64,000 nucleotides of DNA from contig BDGG01000015.1 in NCBI GenBank assembly GCA_001949185.1, positions 315,036 to 379,035 on the forward strand, written 5' to 3'. The position numbers and the translations under genes are program-made. Of the stretch, positions 24,457-37,600 are shown in pieces (the stretch's first letter is position 1; the number at the start of each line of letters is the position of its first letter). The notes under the pieces are model-generated. The model had not been told where the DNA came from and ran no database searches. It saw nothing but the letters and a program-made list of their open reading frames with translations. Source of the stretch: Ramazzottius varieornatus. Its lineage: Eukaryota > Animalia > Tardigrada.

Positions 24457-24766
24457 AAATATCCTCCAGAACTCCATACGAAATTGCGGTAAATTGGATT
24501 TTGAACACCGGCAACTGTTTACAACGTTGTTAACTTACCAGACTCCGGTACTTTATTACATATTGATACAACATGCTTGTTCCGGTGAAATACAAAAACA
24601 ATAACTTTGCAAAAAAGAGGCTCTATCACTATGAAGTTTATGGCAAGTGGCACAGAACAGCAGAAACCATCTCGAAGCTGTCACCACGGCTATCACGGAG
24701 ACTTGCTAGCCACCAGACGAAAAGCTAAGCAGCAGCGCAACAGTTTGAGCTATTTTCAAAAGAGTA

Positions 24767-26319
24767 TCATCGTCTTCGGTTAGGGAGAGTTCGCGTCGAC
24801 GTCGAGTCGGTTCCAGCAGAGCTTCGCAGGATGATGTTCTCTGAACGGAGAGCACCGTTCTCAAATTCCAGCTGCTCCACCTTCTCCCGTAGCTTGGCCA
24901 GCTCACCCGACACCTGACCCAGCTCTTCCCTCACCGCTATTATCAGATGGTTTCCCACTAGATCCTAGAAGAGATAAAAGTGCGAGTCAGCCGGCGAAGC
25001 AGAGTCGCAAGAAGTTACAAAATACTACATCAAACCATTTGATCAAACTGCCCAACAGTCGCAACTTCCGGTTGAACACAAGGCCGTGCTCAGGCAGCCT
25101 ACAGGCAGCTGTGCCAGAAAGCCAAACCCTGACACGGACTGTACAGCCGGCACGGCCTGTAGTCAACCGGAAGTTGCGACGGTGGCAATTTGACACGCAC
25201 ATTGTGCTTGTGAGTCGCACAAGCTGGAGCTGGCCTCGAAGAAACACTGTAAAACATACCAGACCTTTCAAGGAGACAACCCTACTGTAACTCACCATGC
25301 ACTGGCGAATTTTCTGGTTGAGGCTGATGCTCGCTGCTTCTTCGGACCCCGCAGCGGCGAGATCTGCCGCTGTCGTCCTTCTGGACAGCTCAGCCGATAA
25401 CGCCGCATTCGAGTCCGTAATCTGCAGGGGCAGCTCCTGCGTCAGCGTTGGTAATGTACTGTTGCTCTGTAAGCTGCTACTGGACAGTGTGGAGGACTCG
25501 GAGGAAGCCTGCGAGGTTCTGAGGGCGTTCGGCGGCGATGCCTGAACTCCATTGCCGTTTCCGTTTTGAGCAGGAGCTGCTCTGACAGCTTCCACGGGAG
25601 GCACTATCGCAGGAGTATTGGGTGGAAGCTGTACGGCAGTCACTTTGAACTTTGAAGGTTTGACAGGGACTGTCGAGAGCTCGACGTTGTTGCCCTGATC
25701 CGAAGCGGAGCTCGTTGTGCTGGGAGGAAGTATTGACGATATGGACGTTTGGGAAGGCTCAGCTGACGGAGCTTTCTCCTTCGTGGTGTCTTTCGGTCGA
25801 TCGTGGAAATCGAAGCACTGCCATCTTCCTCGGCAGTAAGGAGCTTTACTTTCCAACTTCACCACCTGAAAACAGAAAAACAACCAGATAAGAGTGGACG
25901 GGAAGTCGTCGGGAACCCGAGTAACGCCCGCGACACGACCCTGTATACTTAAACTCATGTCCCTTGACCATAAATATGTATACAGGTGCGCTCTGCATTC
26001 CATTTTACCCAGCTCGCGCACCTGAATATATGCCCGACACCTTGCATGCAGGAAAAGTGTAGGCATGTTCTTGCCTGCACTGCGCTTTGAACGAAAGTGC
26101 ACTTGCACCACGTTGGATGGTAAACAAATAATCAAAGTGTTGACTTTTGTTTGATTGTTTGATTAAGGAGATCAATCTGTCCACCTTGAATTTGGAAGCT
26201 TTGGTTTGTTCCGAAGATGTTTCCGACCGATGGTCGAAATCCACAGGAAGTCCATTCTGCAGCTTGGCTTTGGGAACTCCTGAGGAGACTTCCGGAGGGG
26301 GAACGCTCAAGACATCCAT
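24767..26319 (-). CDS. TSC22-domain (bunched/TSC22D) leucine-zipper protein, long-isoform type, 3 coding exons
   Basis: SKFKVVKLES.APY.RGRWQCFDF.D motif and TSC box SLNQKIRQCM|DLVGNHLIIAVREE...LREKVEQLEFEN.ALR. Exons 26319-26185, 25865-25296, 24964-24767. Confidence 0.9.
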
Positions 26320-27511
26320 TCAGAAAGAGGGTTTGCTGATACAGCAAAGCGATAATGTCATCTGTCCAGAAGAACGGTGAGGTTCAGCGCTGCCATCGGG
26401 CACACCGCGCGAAATATCCTTTCCGTCCAGAAACCGCAGTCTTGTACAGCTGACGTCTCGATAAACAGAATGTAACCACGAGGTCACCGGTGTATTTACA
26501 TTATGGAGACGAGGAACGACAAATGTGACATGTTGGTCAATAAAGGCAGCAGCGTGCGAAGGTTGAGGGCTCGAGTCAACCGATCCGTTCTGTCACTCTT
26601 CCGTCCTTCCAACGTGTAGTGCTTGTCCAGTGTTCAGTTTCCGGGAAGAATACCTGCAAGAGAGAAGGGAATTGTTCTAGGAATACACCAAGTAGCGCAA
26701 TGAGAACAAGGAAAACTGTGACCACTGTCAGAGAAGCGAAAGGTTCAGAGAGAATGATATCGTTCGTTACCTACCAATCGATCAATCAATGAGAGACATC
26801 AAAGCGGCTCCTTTCTTTGAATAAATTTCCCAGGTGGAGGGGAGCTGTACGTACATGTACGTACAAGCTGTAAGCTGTCTAGACGGACACGTGATCTGTG
26901 ACAGCAGCCAACCTTGTTAAAATAATGACATGGCACATGACACGTCACGCTTCATTACACTGTTATACTCTTAGCGGGCAGCAGGCAGCTTGACGTCAGC
27001 AAACTCCCCGAGGCCGAAGCAGTTTCCGGTAGGCGGTAGATAACAGATCAGAGCTTGGATCACAAACAAAACCGGAAGCTCTTCTTATGACTTGATGAGA
27101 TAACTCTTATTCACTTGACAAACAATAGCACGTTATGATAACAGACCAAAACCGTACGCCGAAGCACGGTAACTAACAAGTAAGACGACCGAGCAGCATT
27201 GGGCGATTTTTTAATGTGAATGATTAAACTGGGAAAATACAGTTAAACCGGGAAAGTCCAGAACTAGATTTGGATAACAGGTGAAACACAAAGAGCCGTA
27301 AGCGGGAAAGAAAGACCATGGAGATCTTAGGATCAATTTCAAAGTGCCGAAATATGAGCAAGTGCATGACTCAAGTAAAACATCATAGTAAAATAAACAA
27401 AATTACACAGCCTGGATGTGCGTATCTGACTCATGTATTACGCATCTCCCAAGTAGCATCTCAAGCCTTTCTTGAATTTCCTTGACATCGCGCAAGAAAT
27501 TGCAAAATAAT

Positions 27512-28949
27512 CTAAACATCCGCAAACTCTGGCACCGTCTTGCCTCTTCTGTCAGCTGACGCCATGGCGGCTTTCATTATATCATCACTCTGCAACATGG
27601 TCATCTGCCAGATAGCCTACAAAACAGAAGCCACTGCGATCCCAATCTTCGTCACGAGTACCACAGTTCAAACGATAAGGAGATTAAGCACCTACCATGT
27701 GTTCCAAGCCTTCTTGGACAGTGTGGTCCCGGCTGTAGTTCAAATGGACTTTAGTCCCTTGGACCGCTACCGGACTCTTAGCGGCGATCAAGGAAGCAAC
27801 GTCCATCGCCGCCTTCAGCATCGTTTCCCGACTGTCAAACAGCCTTGACACGAACCCTATACTCTTGGCTTCTGCCGCGTAGAACTTTCGGGCTGTGAAG
27901 GCCAGTTCTCTAACCAGGGAATCGTTGCCCACTATCTTTGGGAAACGCTGAAGAGTTCCGACATCGGCGGCCATACCAATGTCGACTTCCTGTTTGGTGA
28001 AAATACCTGTAAGCCTCCCAAAAACCTCCTGGTAGAAAAGCAAGTTAAATAACATACCTTTATCGCGAAGAAGGCATCCTCAGTACAGTAACGTATATCA
28101 CATGCGGAAGTCATATCAACGCCACCGCCTATGCATCCTCCGTGAATGGCAGCGATGACAGGTTTCGGGCATTTCTCGATCGCCGTGAAAGAGTCTTGAT
28201 AGTCCCTTACTTTCTGTTCCAGTTTCAGGCCCTTCCGAGACGTGTCCAGATCACTACCCAGCAGGTCCATCATGAAACCCATATCTTGGAGGTCGATTCC
28301 TACACGAAAATGCAGAACGGTAAAACGACGAAACAAACCCCGACAAAGTGACACATGACCTCATAGTTCCCACACCAACTGTACGGTTGGTTGTTGCCGT
28401 CATGGTCTTATCGATGCAGAACCGTACAAAAGCCTCACCGGCTGTAAAATGCTTTCCCAAGGCGGACAAGATGACAACCCGACATTCCGGATCAGCAGAT
28501 ATCGTGTCGAAAAATTCTCTGATCTCACTAAAAGAAAGAAACCTACAATGCACAAGGGTAAAGCGAGCTGGAATTGTCTGTTCGCCGAGAAAAGGTGCAA
28601 TGGGGAATACCTACCACCACGAATCGTTGTTGAGTGCGTTGAGACGATCAGGTCGATTCAGCTCCACCTGGATTACCCCTTTTGCGGGCTTATCAACCTT
28701 CAACGTGGAGAAACTGTAGGTTTTCTTAGCGTCGGGATCTTTCCTGCTGCGAAGACGTATGGAGGTAGAAAAAGCTCGATCACCATGCTGTCCGAGAGAA
28801 TAATCCAGCTGACCAGAAGTCACTCCAGAAGCCTGCAATGAAGGCTCACAGCTGCATCTTTTAGAAGGCAACGCAGCTAAACTAGTCCGTGCTATCTTAC
28901 TCACTCTGCCTGTCACTCTTAAGAGACATCTCGCTGCTCGGGAAGCCAT
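27512..28949 (-). CDS. ECH1: Delta3,5-delta2,4-dienoyl-CoA isomerase (crotonase family), multi-exon
   Basis: VELNRPDRLNALN, CRVVILSA.GKHFTAGIDL, YQDSFTAIEKCPKPVIAAIHGGCIGGGVD, EVDIGMAADVGTLQRFPK, KSPVAVQGTK..LNYSRDH. Confidence 0.95.
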
Positions 28950-29427
28950 GTTGCACGCAGTTTCCACAGGAAAATTTCTGGAAGAAGAGATTTCCCGATG
29001 TCAGTCAGTCAAAGGAGCACATCAGCATGGACGTGCCGGGACACGACACGGGCCTGTCATCCACGAAAATCGGCAGTCAGGAAACTGGAACAGCGCGTGA
29101 ACTGACGAAATTTGTGCAGCACAGCACAGCATACAGCAGAAAGCCATAGACTACCGCGCAGATGCACCTACCGAAACCTGACAAAAATTACAGTTTTTGG
29201 GCATTCGAACGTCAGTCGTCTCAGCTTTGCCGTACTTTAGGGCAACGTTCTCCAGGTTGACTACTGATTAGGTTGACTACTGATTTCGCTGACTACATCA
29301 CAAACCACGTCAATACATCGGCGTTCCGCGCAGTTGCACCAGGTCAACGTGCATCTACAGCACAGCTGCTTAGCCACTGGGCATGAAAGTTGTGCAGCAC
29401 AGCACAGCGTACAGCGCCCTGGTAATA

Positions 29428-29973
29428 GACCTGTTTCGCAAGTCACGTTTGGGCTCTGGATAGAACAAAATCTCATGATTTTATACTGTGTCAGTTTCTG
29501 TGCAGAAACCGTTCCGCGGTTTGCTCATTCCGGTACAGAGTATTAGCATAAAGGGATATTAGGCCGCGCGAGTTCAGCAGGGCATCGGAATTCGCGGGGC
29601 CTGTCATTTAGCCCTCTACTGGATAAAGCCCGGACTTCTTTCGCTTTTTCTGGCGATAGTTTCGGGAAGAAAATTATTATTGTCCAAAACATGATGGATT
29701 TCGAGAAGGAACGAGAGCGGAAGTCAAGTGGCGCAATGTGGGAGAGGCGTGTAGCTCGGATCACTTGACGCGCCAAGTCCAATTCGCTGATTGGCCTGAT
29801 CACGCTCCACTCCACCAAAATTTCAACCAAAGTGGTCAATAGTACAATCAACTCAGCTTGCACAGAATTTCAAATGCAGCGATATTAGGCAAAACGTAAG
29901 CCGTGGATAACTGCACAGCATAAAACCTATACTTATGCTGTGCAAGCCGGAAACATGACTTGCGAAACAGGTC
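29428..29973. mobile_element. MITE, ~546 bp
   Basis: gacctgtttcgcaagtca(c/t)gttt occurs as inverted repeats at both ends. Confidence 0.75.
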
Positions 29974-30079
29974 CAATGTGCGCAGCACAGTTGCAGCGTA
30001 CTTTTGGACCTGCGGCCCAGTGCTCTACTGTCAGTTGACTGCGTCGATAAGCCGCTTTACGATAATTCACTTGACCCAC

Positions 30080-30179
30080 TAGTGAGTATTCGTCCTGCAG
30101 TTACGATCCCGATTACGATACAATTGCAATAGAAGTCGTCATTGTATTGCAATCGTCAGCGCCGGACGAATACTCACTA
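30080..30179. mobile_element. MITE, ~100 bp
   Basis: 16-bp perfect TIR tagtgagtattcgtcc / ggacgaatactcacta. Confidence 0.7.
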
Positions 30180-30232
30180 CTATCCCTCACTTGTTGAAAT
30201 AATTCTTCTGCTCTCCTTTTGTTCCTAAAACC

Positions 30233-30439
30233 TACTGTATTCCCTCGATAGTTCTGCGAATCACGTGACTGTTCCGGTTAATATTACCCGGCGGGGGTTG
30301 AAAATATTCATGCATTCAATCAAAGATTTTTCGTCAATCAAGTAAATTTACGGGCGACAATCAAACAAGCAGTGATATCCTGCGGGTGTAATATACTGGC
30401 CTGAGACGTAGTTCGCAGAACTATCGAGGGAATACAGTA
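30233..30439. mobile_element. Tc1/mariner-type MITE, ~207 bp including TA
   Basis: 28-bp perfect inverted repeat tactgtattccctcgatagttctgcgaa. Confidence 0.85.
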
Positions 30440-30610
30440 CCTTCCAGCAACTCCATTCCTCATCTTCCAGCCTTATCGCGACGTGCTGTTCCAGCTTTCC
30501 GGTAAGGAGCGTAAGCAAGCGTGCCAAGTGTACGGGAAAAGTTTCCGCTAAGACGTTCTTGAGGTCTGACTGTGGCTACAGGTGTCTCCAGAAGAAATCT
30601 GCGCCTCATT

Positions 30611-31897
30611 ATGTTTGGACGCGGAGGAAAAACCATCGAAAGGAAAAAGGTGACCATATTTTTCCTCCTTTTTTGGTGGAAAATTCTGGGCGATGTGGGA
30701 AGACAGGATGATGCGATGCCAAGGCGGAAGCCAACTTTGTTCTGTCAGTCATTCTGTGCTGTGGGTTAACGGTTGATTGTTTGCTTTGCAGCGATCAGTC
30801 GCAGCCCGATCCGGCCTTACCTTCCCCGTCAGTCGCTTTCATCGCCAATTGAAGAACGATCATGCAAAGTATCGCATAAGCCGAGGCACCTCAATCTTTG
30901 CTGTAAGGTTCGGGCGGTTGGACCTTCGCAAGTTTTTGTTCATCTCGTGTCCTGTAGCTTTTTTATTTGATTTGCAGGCAGCCGTTATCGAGTACATGGT
31001 GGCGGAAGTCCTAGAGTTGGCTGGAAAAGCTTGGTAAGAATTAAGTTAATTTGGATACACTGGTCTCGACCTTAGGAAGGTTTTCTCCTCTTTCCAGTGC
31101 AGATAACAAGAAGAAGAGGATCACCCCACGACACATCCAGTTGGCCGTCCGCAACGACGAAGGTAGGATAATTAAACATTGGCGACACGGGCTAACAACG
31201 TCGACAAGAACGTCGTTCCCAGTGGCACACGTTTCACCTAGTCACACTGAGAACGATCGCAACTTCGAGAAGTAACTGGTGAATATTGTTTTCAAGTCGC
31301 GCATGCTCTCCGCCAATAAGTTAATAACACTGGAATCATGCGCAACTTGGGGAAATAATCAAACTGGGCAAAAACCGATTTTCAAGTGGCGCACGTTCTC
31401 AGCCAACTGCGAAAACTTACGCCGCTTGGGAAACAATCTTGTCGCGTTTGTTTGTCGACCTCTTCAAAATTCGAAGTATCTCTGCAGCACAACCTGCGCT
31501 CTCATTCGAACACTTGTCGAGCTCGGTTTATCATACCCATTTTTTCTCTTTCCAGAGCTAAACAAATTCTGCGAAGGGGTGCAGATCAGTCAAGGAGGAG
31601 TGATGCCCAATGTCCACCCCATCCTGATGAAGCCTGTGAAGGAATGGCGAGCATCTGACACCGCCATTCAGTCCACTCCGATGAGCGAACGTAAGTGTTA
31701 TTCGCGGGGCGGCACCCTAACGGGTACTGTTGGGACGGAAACGGGAACTGGAATGATGGCAGCGGGTATCCCAAGTTCCCAACCATTGAATTACTCCCTG
31801 TGACTCCGAATGCAATGCTATAGCCTTACCTCCTTCTTTTGCGACCTACTTTCGCTTCTCCTCAGTCACATTCCATTCACAAGGTTATCCCCACTGA
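30611..31897 (+). CDS. Divergent histone H2A variant with 4-5 introns
   Basis: Exons 30611-30649, 30792-30902, 30978-31033, 31098-31162, 31556-... give RSGLTFPVSRFHR..., [51 protein letters not shown]. The end is 31803 (unspliced) or 31897 (intron 31691-31865). Confidence 0.92.
31178..31468. repeat. Palindromic hairpin repeat, trimer, in H2A intron 4
   Basis: Three degenerate caagtggcgcac...gcgccacttgg units with gccaat/gccaac loops. Confidence 0.8.
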
Positions 31898-32299
31898 TGT
31901 TGTACTTTGCCCTTCACTGGGCAAAGTTCAGCAGTGGGGTTCAAACACAAACTTACGAACAAAACCAGCTCCGCAAAGACAGCTCGTGCCCAAAAATCCC
32001 ATGTTAGACCACCTGAAGTGGTTTGACATGGGATAACATGGGGTATCAAGTCGCATGCAAGATTGTATTATTGAGCTCTGCGGGCATTACGTAATAGCCT
32101 CACACTGTATCGGCGGCAACAAAATTTCGTTTCCTCTGCATGGACTGGAACCTCGGCGATATACTCGACAAATTAGTTTTCCAAGGGGCTCACGTTCTCA
32201 TCGGTGTTATTGGTTTAGACCTCTAAAGGTTGTGCAACTTGGAAAAACGATTATGCTGGGGTTGTTTACGCACGTCCCAACTACTCCTCTTGCCGTTCT

Positions 32300-33727
32300 G
32301 GTTGCTGGATTTGGTTTCAGTATAACTTTTCCTAGGCAATTCGTCTCCATCGAAGAACGAGAAGGTGAAGACCGAGAAGCGCAAGTCATCAGCAAGAGCC
32401 CAGTAATAGGTTTCTTCGTTCCTCGTAACTCGTCGGCCGAGAAACTGGGGATAGTTTTTGTTTATCTTTTGTTCACGGTCTGCTTCACTAAATCTCAAAA
32501 TGTCGACGCTGTGAAGCATTTTCCTGTTCCTTGAAGTTTGGATCGAGCTACAGCTCACGCACAACATGTGCTTCTTTTTTTCTTGTAAGATTGTTGTAGT
32601 TTGGTTTTCCTCATCAGTCGATCCTCTACTGCCCTGACGGTGTACTTTGGAGTCTTTTCTACAGTAACGGATTCTTTTGCTTTTCTCCTTCGTGTTTTTT
32701 CGGGTCCGGAAGCTGTTTGGTGTTTCTTCTCTCAACATAGTATGCATTTACAGAGCAGCATTTTCTCCAGAAGATCTGTGTACTTGTACAGTAATAAATT
32801 ACCGCGATGATGAAGAAGTGGAACCTATGCAAACAAACTCGGCAAGATCGTTTCTCCAAGTGGCGCGTGCTTCGGATCTATAACACCGCGCCTCTCGGAA
32901 AAGCAGATTCGTCGAGTTCTCAAATGGCGCGCGGTCTCGGCCGAAAACAGCGGAAACGTGCACCACCTGGGAAAACAATCTTGTCGAGTTTGTTCGTCGG
33001 GCTCCCAACTCTGGTTTTCTTCCGGTTTGGACTTCTGGTTGGTATCTCAAGGTTTACTTAAAGGTTGTTTCAAGGTGAGCGCACTCTGTCCTTGTACCGT
33101 AGGATTCGGCATGAGTTTACTCGTTCGATCAGATTTAGAATTCGAGAGGACCGCAGTAACAGGGCTCTGTTTATGCAAAGCTTCCTTTGAATTCTTCTTC
33201 ACCCTACCACTTCCGGGCTCCACTGAAGCACCCGCGGCAGGACTCTTGGCTTCGACCACGGGCTTCAGCAGTCCTTCGAACAAATTCTTGGCGGCGTCCC
33301 CGGTCATATCCTCGTTGACCAACGGCGTCTTGTTCAGAGCTTGGAGACTGGAGTGGAAGTAGTGCTGGGCATTCTTGGCTCTGGCTACCTCGATGATCTG
33401 TTCGTTGATTTCAATGGGACGCTGGGGCACGGCCACCTTGTTGACCACACCGAACTTGATGTTGCGCGTCTTGGCCTCGTCGATGCTGAAGGCCCGGAAG
33501 TCTCGGGGATCGGCTTGTTTCGGTGGGTGTGAGCCGTCGTCGGCGGTATGATAAGACGATGCCGAGGCCTTCTTCGATGAAGTTGTAGGCGCAGCTGGGA
33601 TAGGTTTCGGACGAGCACTGGGTTTAGTTGGGTTGGTGTTACCGGAGATTTGCTGTGATGTGGTGACTGGACTTCGAGAAGAAAATGGTGATGGGTAAAT
33701 GGTTATGGACTTCCTTGTTGTCGCCAT
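32300..33727 (-). CDS. Uncharacterised basic, low-complexity protein, multi-exon
   Basis: 226-codon ATG-initiated ORF with coding-like composition and a donor near 33055. The downstream exons and the 3' end are uncertain. Confidence 0.55.
32818..33009. repeat. Palindromic hairpin repeat, dimer, in an intron of the unknown gene
   Basis: aaactcggcaagatcgtttctccaagtggcgc ... cacctgggaaaacaatcttgtcgagttt. Confidence 0.85.
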
Positions 33728-34634
33728 CTGCGCATGGAGCCCTCTTTTAGAAGAGTAGAGACGTTTGCGAAAACAAGATTTCTACACTGCTTGTTGCTGA
33801 GTAAATAAAACCCGAAATTCTTCCACTAACGGTAGCGCCTAACTTCTGTGAACTTCGTGATTATTATTTTGCAGGTCCCCACAATGTGCGCGTTAGTTAG
33901 TACATTAGAAATGCTGGTACGTTAGTACATGGAAAGTGTTATGGTACGTTTAACTCCAGATTTTCGCCCAATCTTACTTTGAATCGAAAAATGTCGACTT
34001 GTCTTGTTCCATCGCTACAGTACCTCAATTTACGGGTGTCATCAATCGACACCTCGACCGCATCATTGGACACCCTGTGCAATCGTCCTGAGGATGTCCG
34101 AGCTGTCTTGTTTACTGTTCTATTAATGAATACTCAAGATTTATACAATGTCACGCAGTCACCGGAAGCATCGGACGGGGCGGTGTCCTACGTTGATGCC
34201 ACAGCAAAAGTAACTAATGCGTAACAAAAGTAACCAGCTTTTGGTCTGGTTCGTCATTCGGAATGTACACTTTGCCAGAATTTGACGCAGTGTATGGCAG
34301 AGCGATGTACTCGATATCAACTTGTTCGGTTTTACAATAGAATATTCACATCTAGATTGTGGGAAAATTTCGTGAAACACAGTATTGTTCGTACGGATAA
34401 AATAATGTTTGCAGATACAAACTGAGAAAAATTCAACAGGTTGAGATTGGTGGTTGACCATACTGTATCCAAAAGAAAACGCCCGTAATAAAGGGCTGAC
34501 TAACCCAACACTTCTAACCGTACGGTATACGTCATCGCGGGAATACTAACAGGGTTTCCTCTGCGTAAACGCATCGTTCCGCGTTATTCACACGGTAGCG
34601 CAAAGAACTTCCTACTGAATAGTACAGGATATTA

Positions 34635-37600
34635 CTATCGTCCGATCTTGAGCAGCAGCTTTTGATGTTGATTGCCGTTCAGTAGCGTCAGTGGTTTCTC
34701 GTTGGACGACGTAACAGTGGGGCTAGCAGTGGCAGGTGGCGACGGTATCGCCACCTTGTTGGCAGCATTGACAGAGGACGTCTCCGATCGACAGTCTTCT
34801 TCCTCGATCATCTCTTCATCGCCCGACATCTCGTCCATCTCCTCGTCCTCTTCATCGGACGAGTGGTGACCACCGTGGTGCGCCATGGAGACGTGGCCGT
34901 GTTCGTGGTGATACAGCGGGTCGCCGTTAGCGTTTGTCATGGGGTTCTCCGACTCGGACTCGTGCTTCTTCAGGTGGCGATCCAGGTTGGTTTGCTGGCC
35001 GAAGCAGCGTTCACATAGCGGACACTTGAAGGGCTTTTCCTTGTGGTGGATGTTGCGTACGTGACGCTGCAGATTCGAGGAAATGCTGAAAGACCGTCCG
35101 CAGACTGTGCATTTGTAGGGCTGGAAAAGAATAATTACACAAATTAGTCAACACTGAAAACGACGTTGAAAAATGGCACTTGAAGGTTGTCACTGACAAA
35201 GAAAAATGGTCAAATAGGACGTCGGAAAACGAATTCCGTCAGATCTTTTACCAAGTCGCGCACGTTTGAAGTGGTTTTAACTGCGAGAGTGCGCCATTCA
35301 AATAGGCGATCAGGTCGAGTTTGAATGTTTTCCAAGTGGCGCACGTTGTCACTGTTATAAATCTCCACAGTGCGCCACTTGGGGAAGCGATCTGGGGCAA
35401 TTCACTTGCCGACGTCCAAGACATCCAGACAGAAAACTCTAATCCAGAAGAAAAACACCAAGAGTCGATAGAATGCTAAAGTAATAATTTATACCTGTTC
35501 GCCGGTGTGCGTTCTCAAGTGTCGCGTCAAGTTGGCTGATCTGGGGAAGACTTTCAGACAAAACTTGCAGGTGTACCTCTCCTTCAGTTTCTGGTTACTG
35601 GTTGACACGGCGTTGTACATGGAGGAAGAAACTGGCGGTTGTTGCTGGTTGACATGCATGGGCGGAACGACCATGGGATGGTGCAGCGCCCTTCTGTCCA
35701 TCATTTCCTCCACCGGCGAGCGCGCGAAGCCATTTTGCGCTAACCTCGTGCCATTCAGTCCATTCCTGGCCGCACCCGCAAACATATCACTGAACTGACC
35801 TGGAACTGGAGATCCGAAGAAAGCGTTGAAAAAGGGGTAGCGCGGACTCATAGCCAGCAGCTTCTGCATCTCATCTTGCATAGCCAGACGCTGTTGTTGC
35901 TGCTGCTGCTGAAAGTTGATGGCGGCCGGATGGACCAGCGTCGGAGTTGGTGCGATGGGTTCGGGGACCGTGTCGACCGACGGACTGCGCTCGCCGAAGA
36001 TGTGAGTTTTCCGACCGGAATTGGGGGTGGAGACGCGAGTGACGACTGGTGTAACGGGGGTGTTGCGTGACGTCGGAACTGACAAGTCCAGTGGAGCGTC
36101 CTTGGTCTCGCTTTTCTTGGAAGAGGTTTCTTTGGTCAAGTTGCGCGGTTCGTCTTGGTTGTCTTCTCTGTCGGACATTTCCGGTTCGGAGGCGTTGGAG
36201 ACATTGTCCGAGTAGTCGCTGCGGGACTTGCCATTGGTGTGGCTGGGTGGCGTGCGCGTCATGCTGCGCTCTGGTTCTTGCGAAGGGAAGTGCGCAGTGG
36301 GAGCGAAAGACAAGGGATGGTTGGGATGGAAGGGAAAGCCGGAGAGGGAGAAGGGTTGGAATGGGTGGTGTGGACCGGGTGGACCAAAGAGGAAGGGGTT
36401 GGGCAGACCAGGCGGCGACTGTAGTCCGCCGTGGCCCGGCCCGAAGGCGCCTGCTGCTGCGTTGATTTGCCCTTGACCAGGCTTACGGAGGGTTCCTTCG
36501 CAGAAACGATGGTGTTTAGACAAAGAAGCGACAGTAGAGAAAGTGTGGCCACAATTACGACATTTACTTTGGGTGCGACAGTTGGCGTGCATTCGTTTAT
36601 GACGGCACAGGTTGGAGAACTGCGTGTAGGCCTTGTGGCACACTTCGCATTGGAAGGGCTTGACCGACGAGTGGATGTGCGTGTGTTGCTTGAGACCCGA
36701 GGAGGTGGCAAAGGACTTGCCGCATTCGCTACAGGAGTGGGTGCGCGAACCTTCGTGGTGCGTACGAATGTGACGCTGGAGATTGGACGGGTCGGTGAAG
36801 AAGCGCTCGCAAATGTCGCAACGGTAAGTACGCTCCTCGGAGATGCTACCACCACCAATGGCCGATTCCGCACTGTTGAAGGAATTGGACTCTTCCGAAT
36901 GAGCCCTGAAAACGAATTGAAAGGTTCGTTAACACATTTACTTGAACAGACGCAAGCTCGTGGCTGACAAAGCTCGACCAGATCGTTTTCCCTCTCGCTG
37001 CACACTACCAGCCAGTAACACCGCAACGGTGCGCCAGTTGGGTGCGCCAACTCGTCAAGAATGTATTTCTATGCGGCGCACGCTTTCAGCCAATAACACT
37101 GATCACTTGCGTCACTTGGGAAACCAAACTCGACAGGATCGTTTTTTCCAAGTGGCGCATGCTTCATGCAAACAGTACCAAAAACGTACGTCACTTGAAG
37201 AAAAAACGGTCTGGTCCAGTATGCTGGTCAGGATGCCAGATAACAAATTTTGACCGCGGTCCGTTGGAATTACCTTTTGAGATCGGAAGGAGAAGCGCTT
37301 TGAGCAGGTCGAGGAGAGCGAGCAGGGTCTTCGGTTGAGCACTCTGACGTCAGGTGGCGGTACCACTGTCCTTTGGTTTCAAACTTGGCTTGACACTTGT
37401 TGCATTTCAGTGCAGTCTTTGCTTGAGCTGAGGCTTCGTGTGCGTTACCTGTAGAAAAAACCAAACTGTAAATATTTCCTTCTCAAGGACGTTCTGAAAA
37501 TTCCATACTATAGAGTGAAGACCATCGAACATCTAAAGCTGATTTTGATTTTTGTTCTCAATTGCCGTGGGTTAAGAATTATCGTTTCGTGCGCTGCTGT

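Noticed and set aside
24987-26135. 382-aa ORF taken as a single-exon protein
   Set aside because: Only 25296-25865 is exon; the flanks are intron read-through, and the TSC box is completed only by splicing.
36259-37050. Long overlapping ORFs (263 aa minus, 178 aa plus) in hamlet
   Set aside because: Shadow frames of the GC-rich zinc-finger exon.
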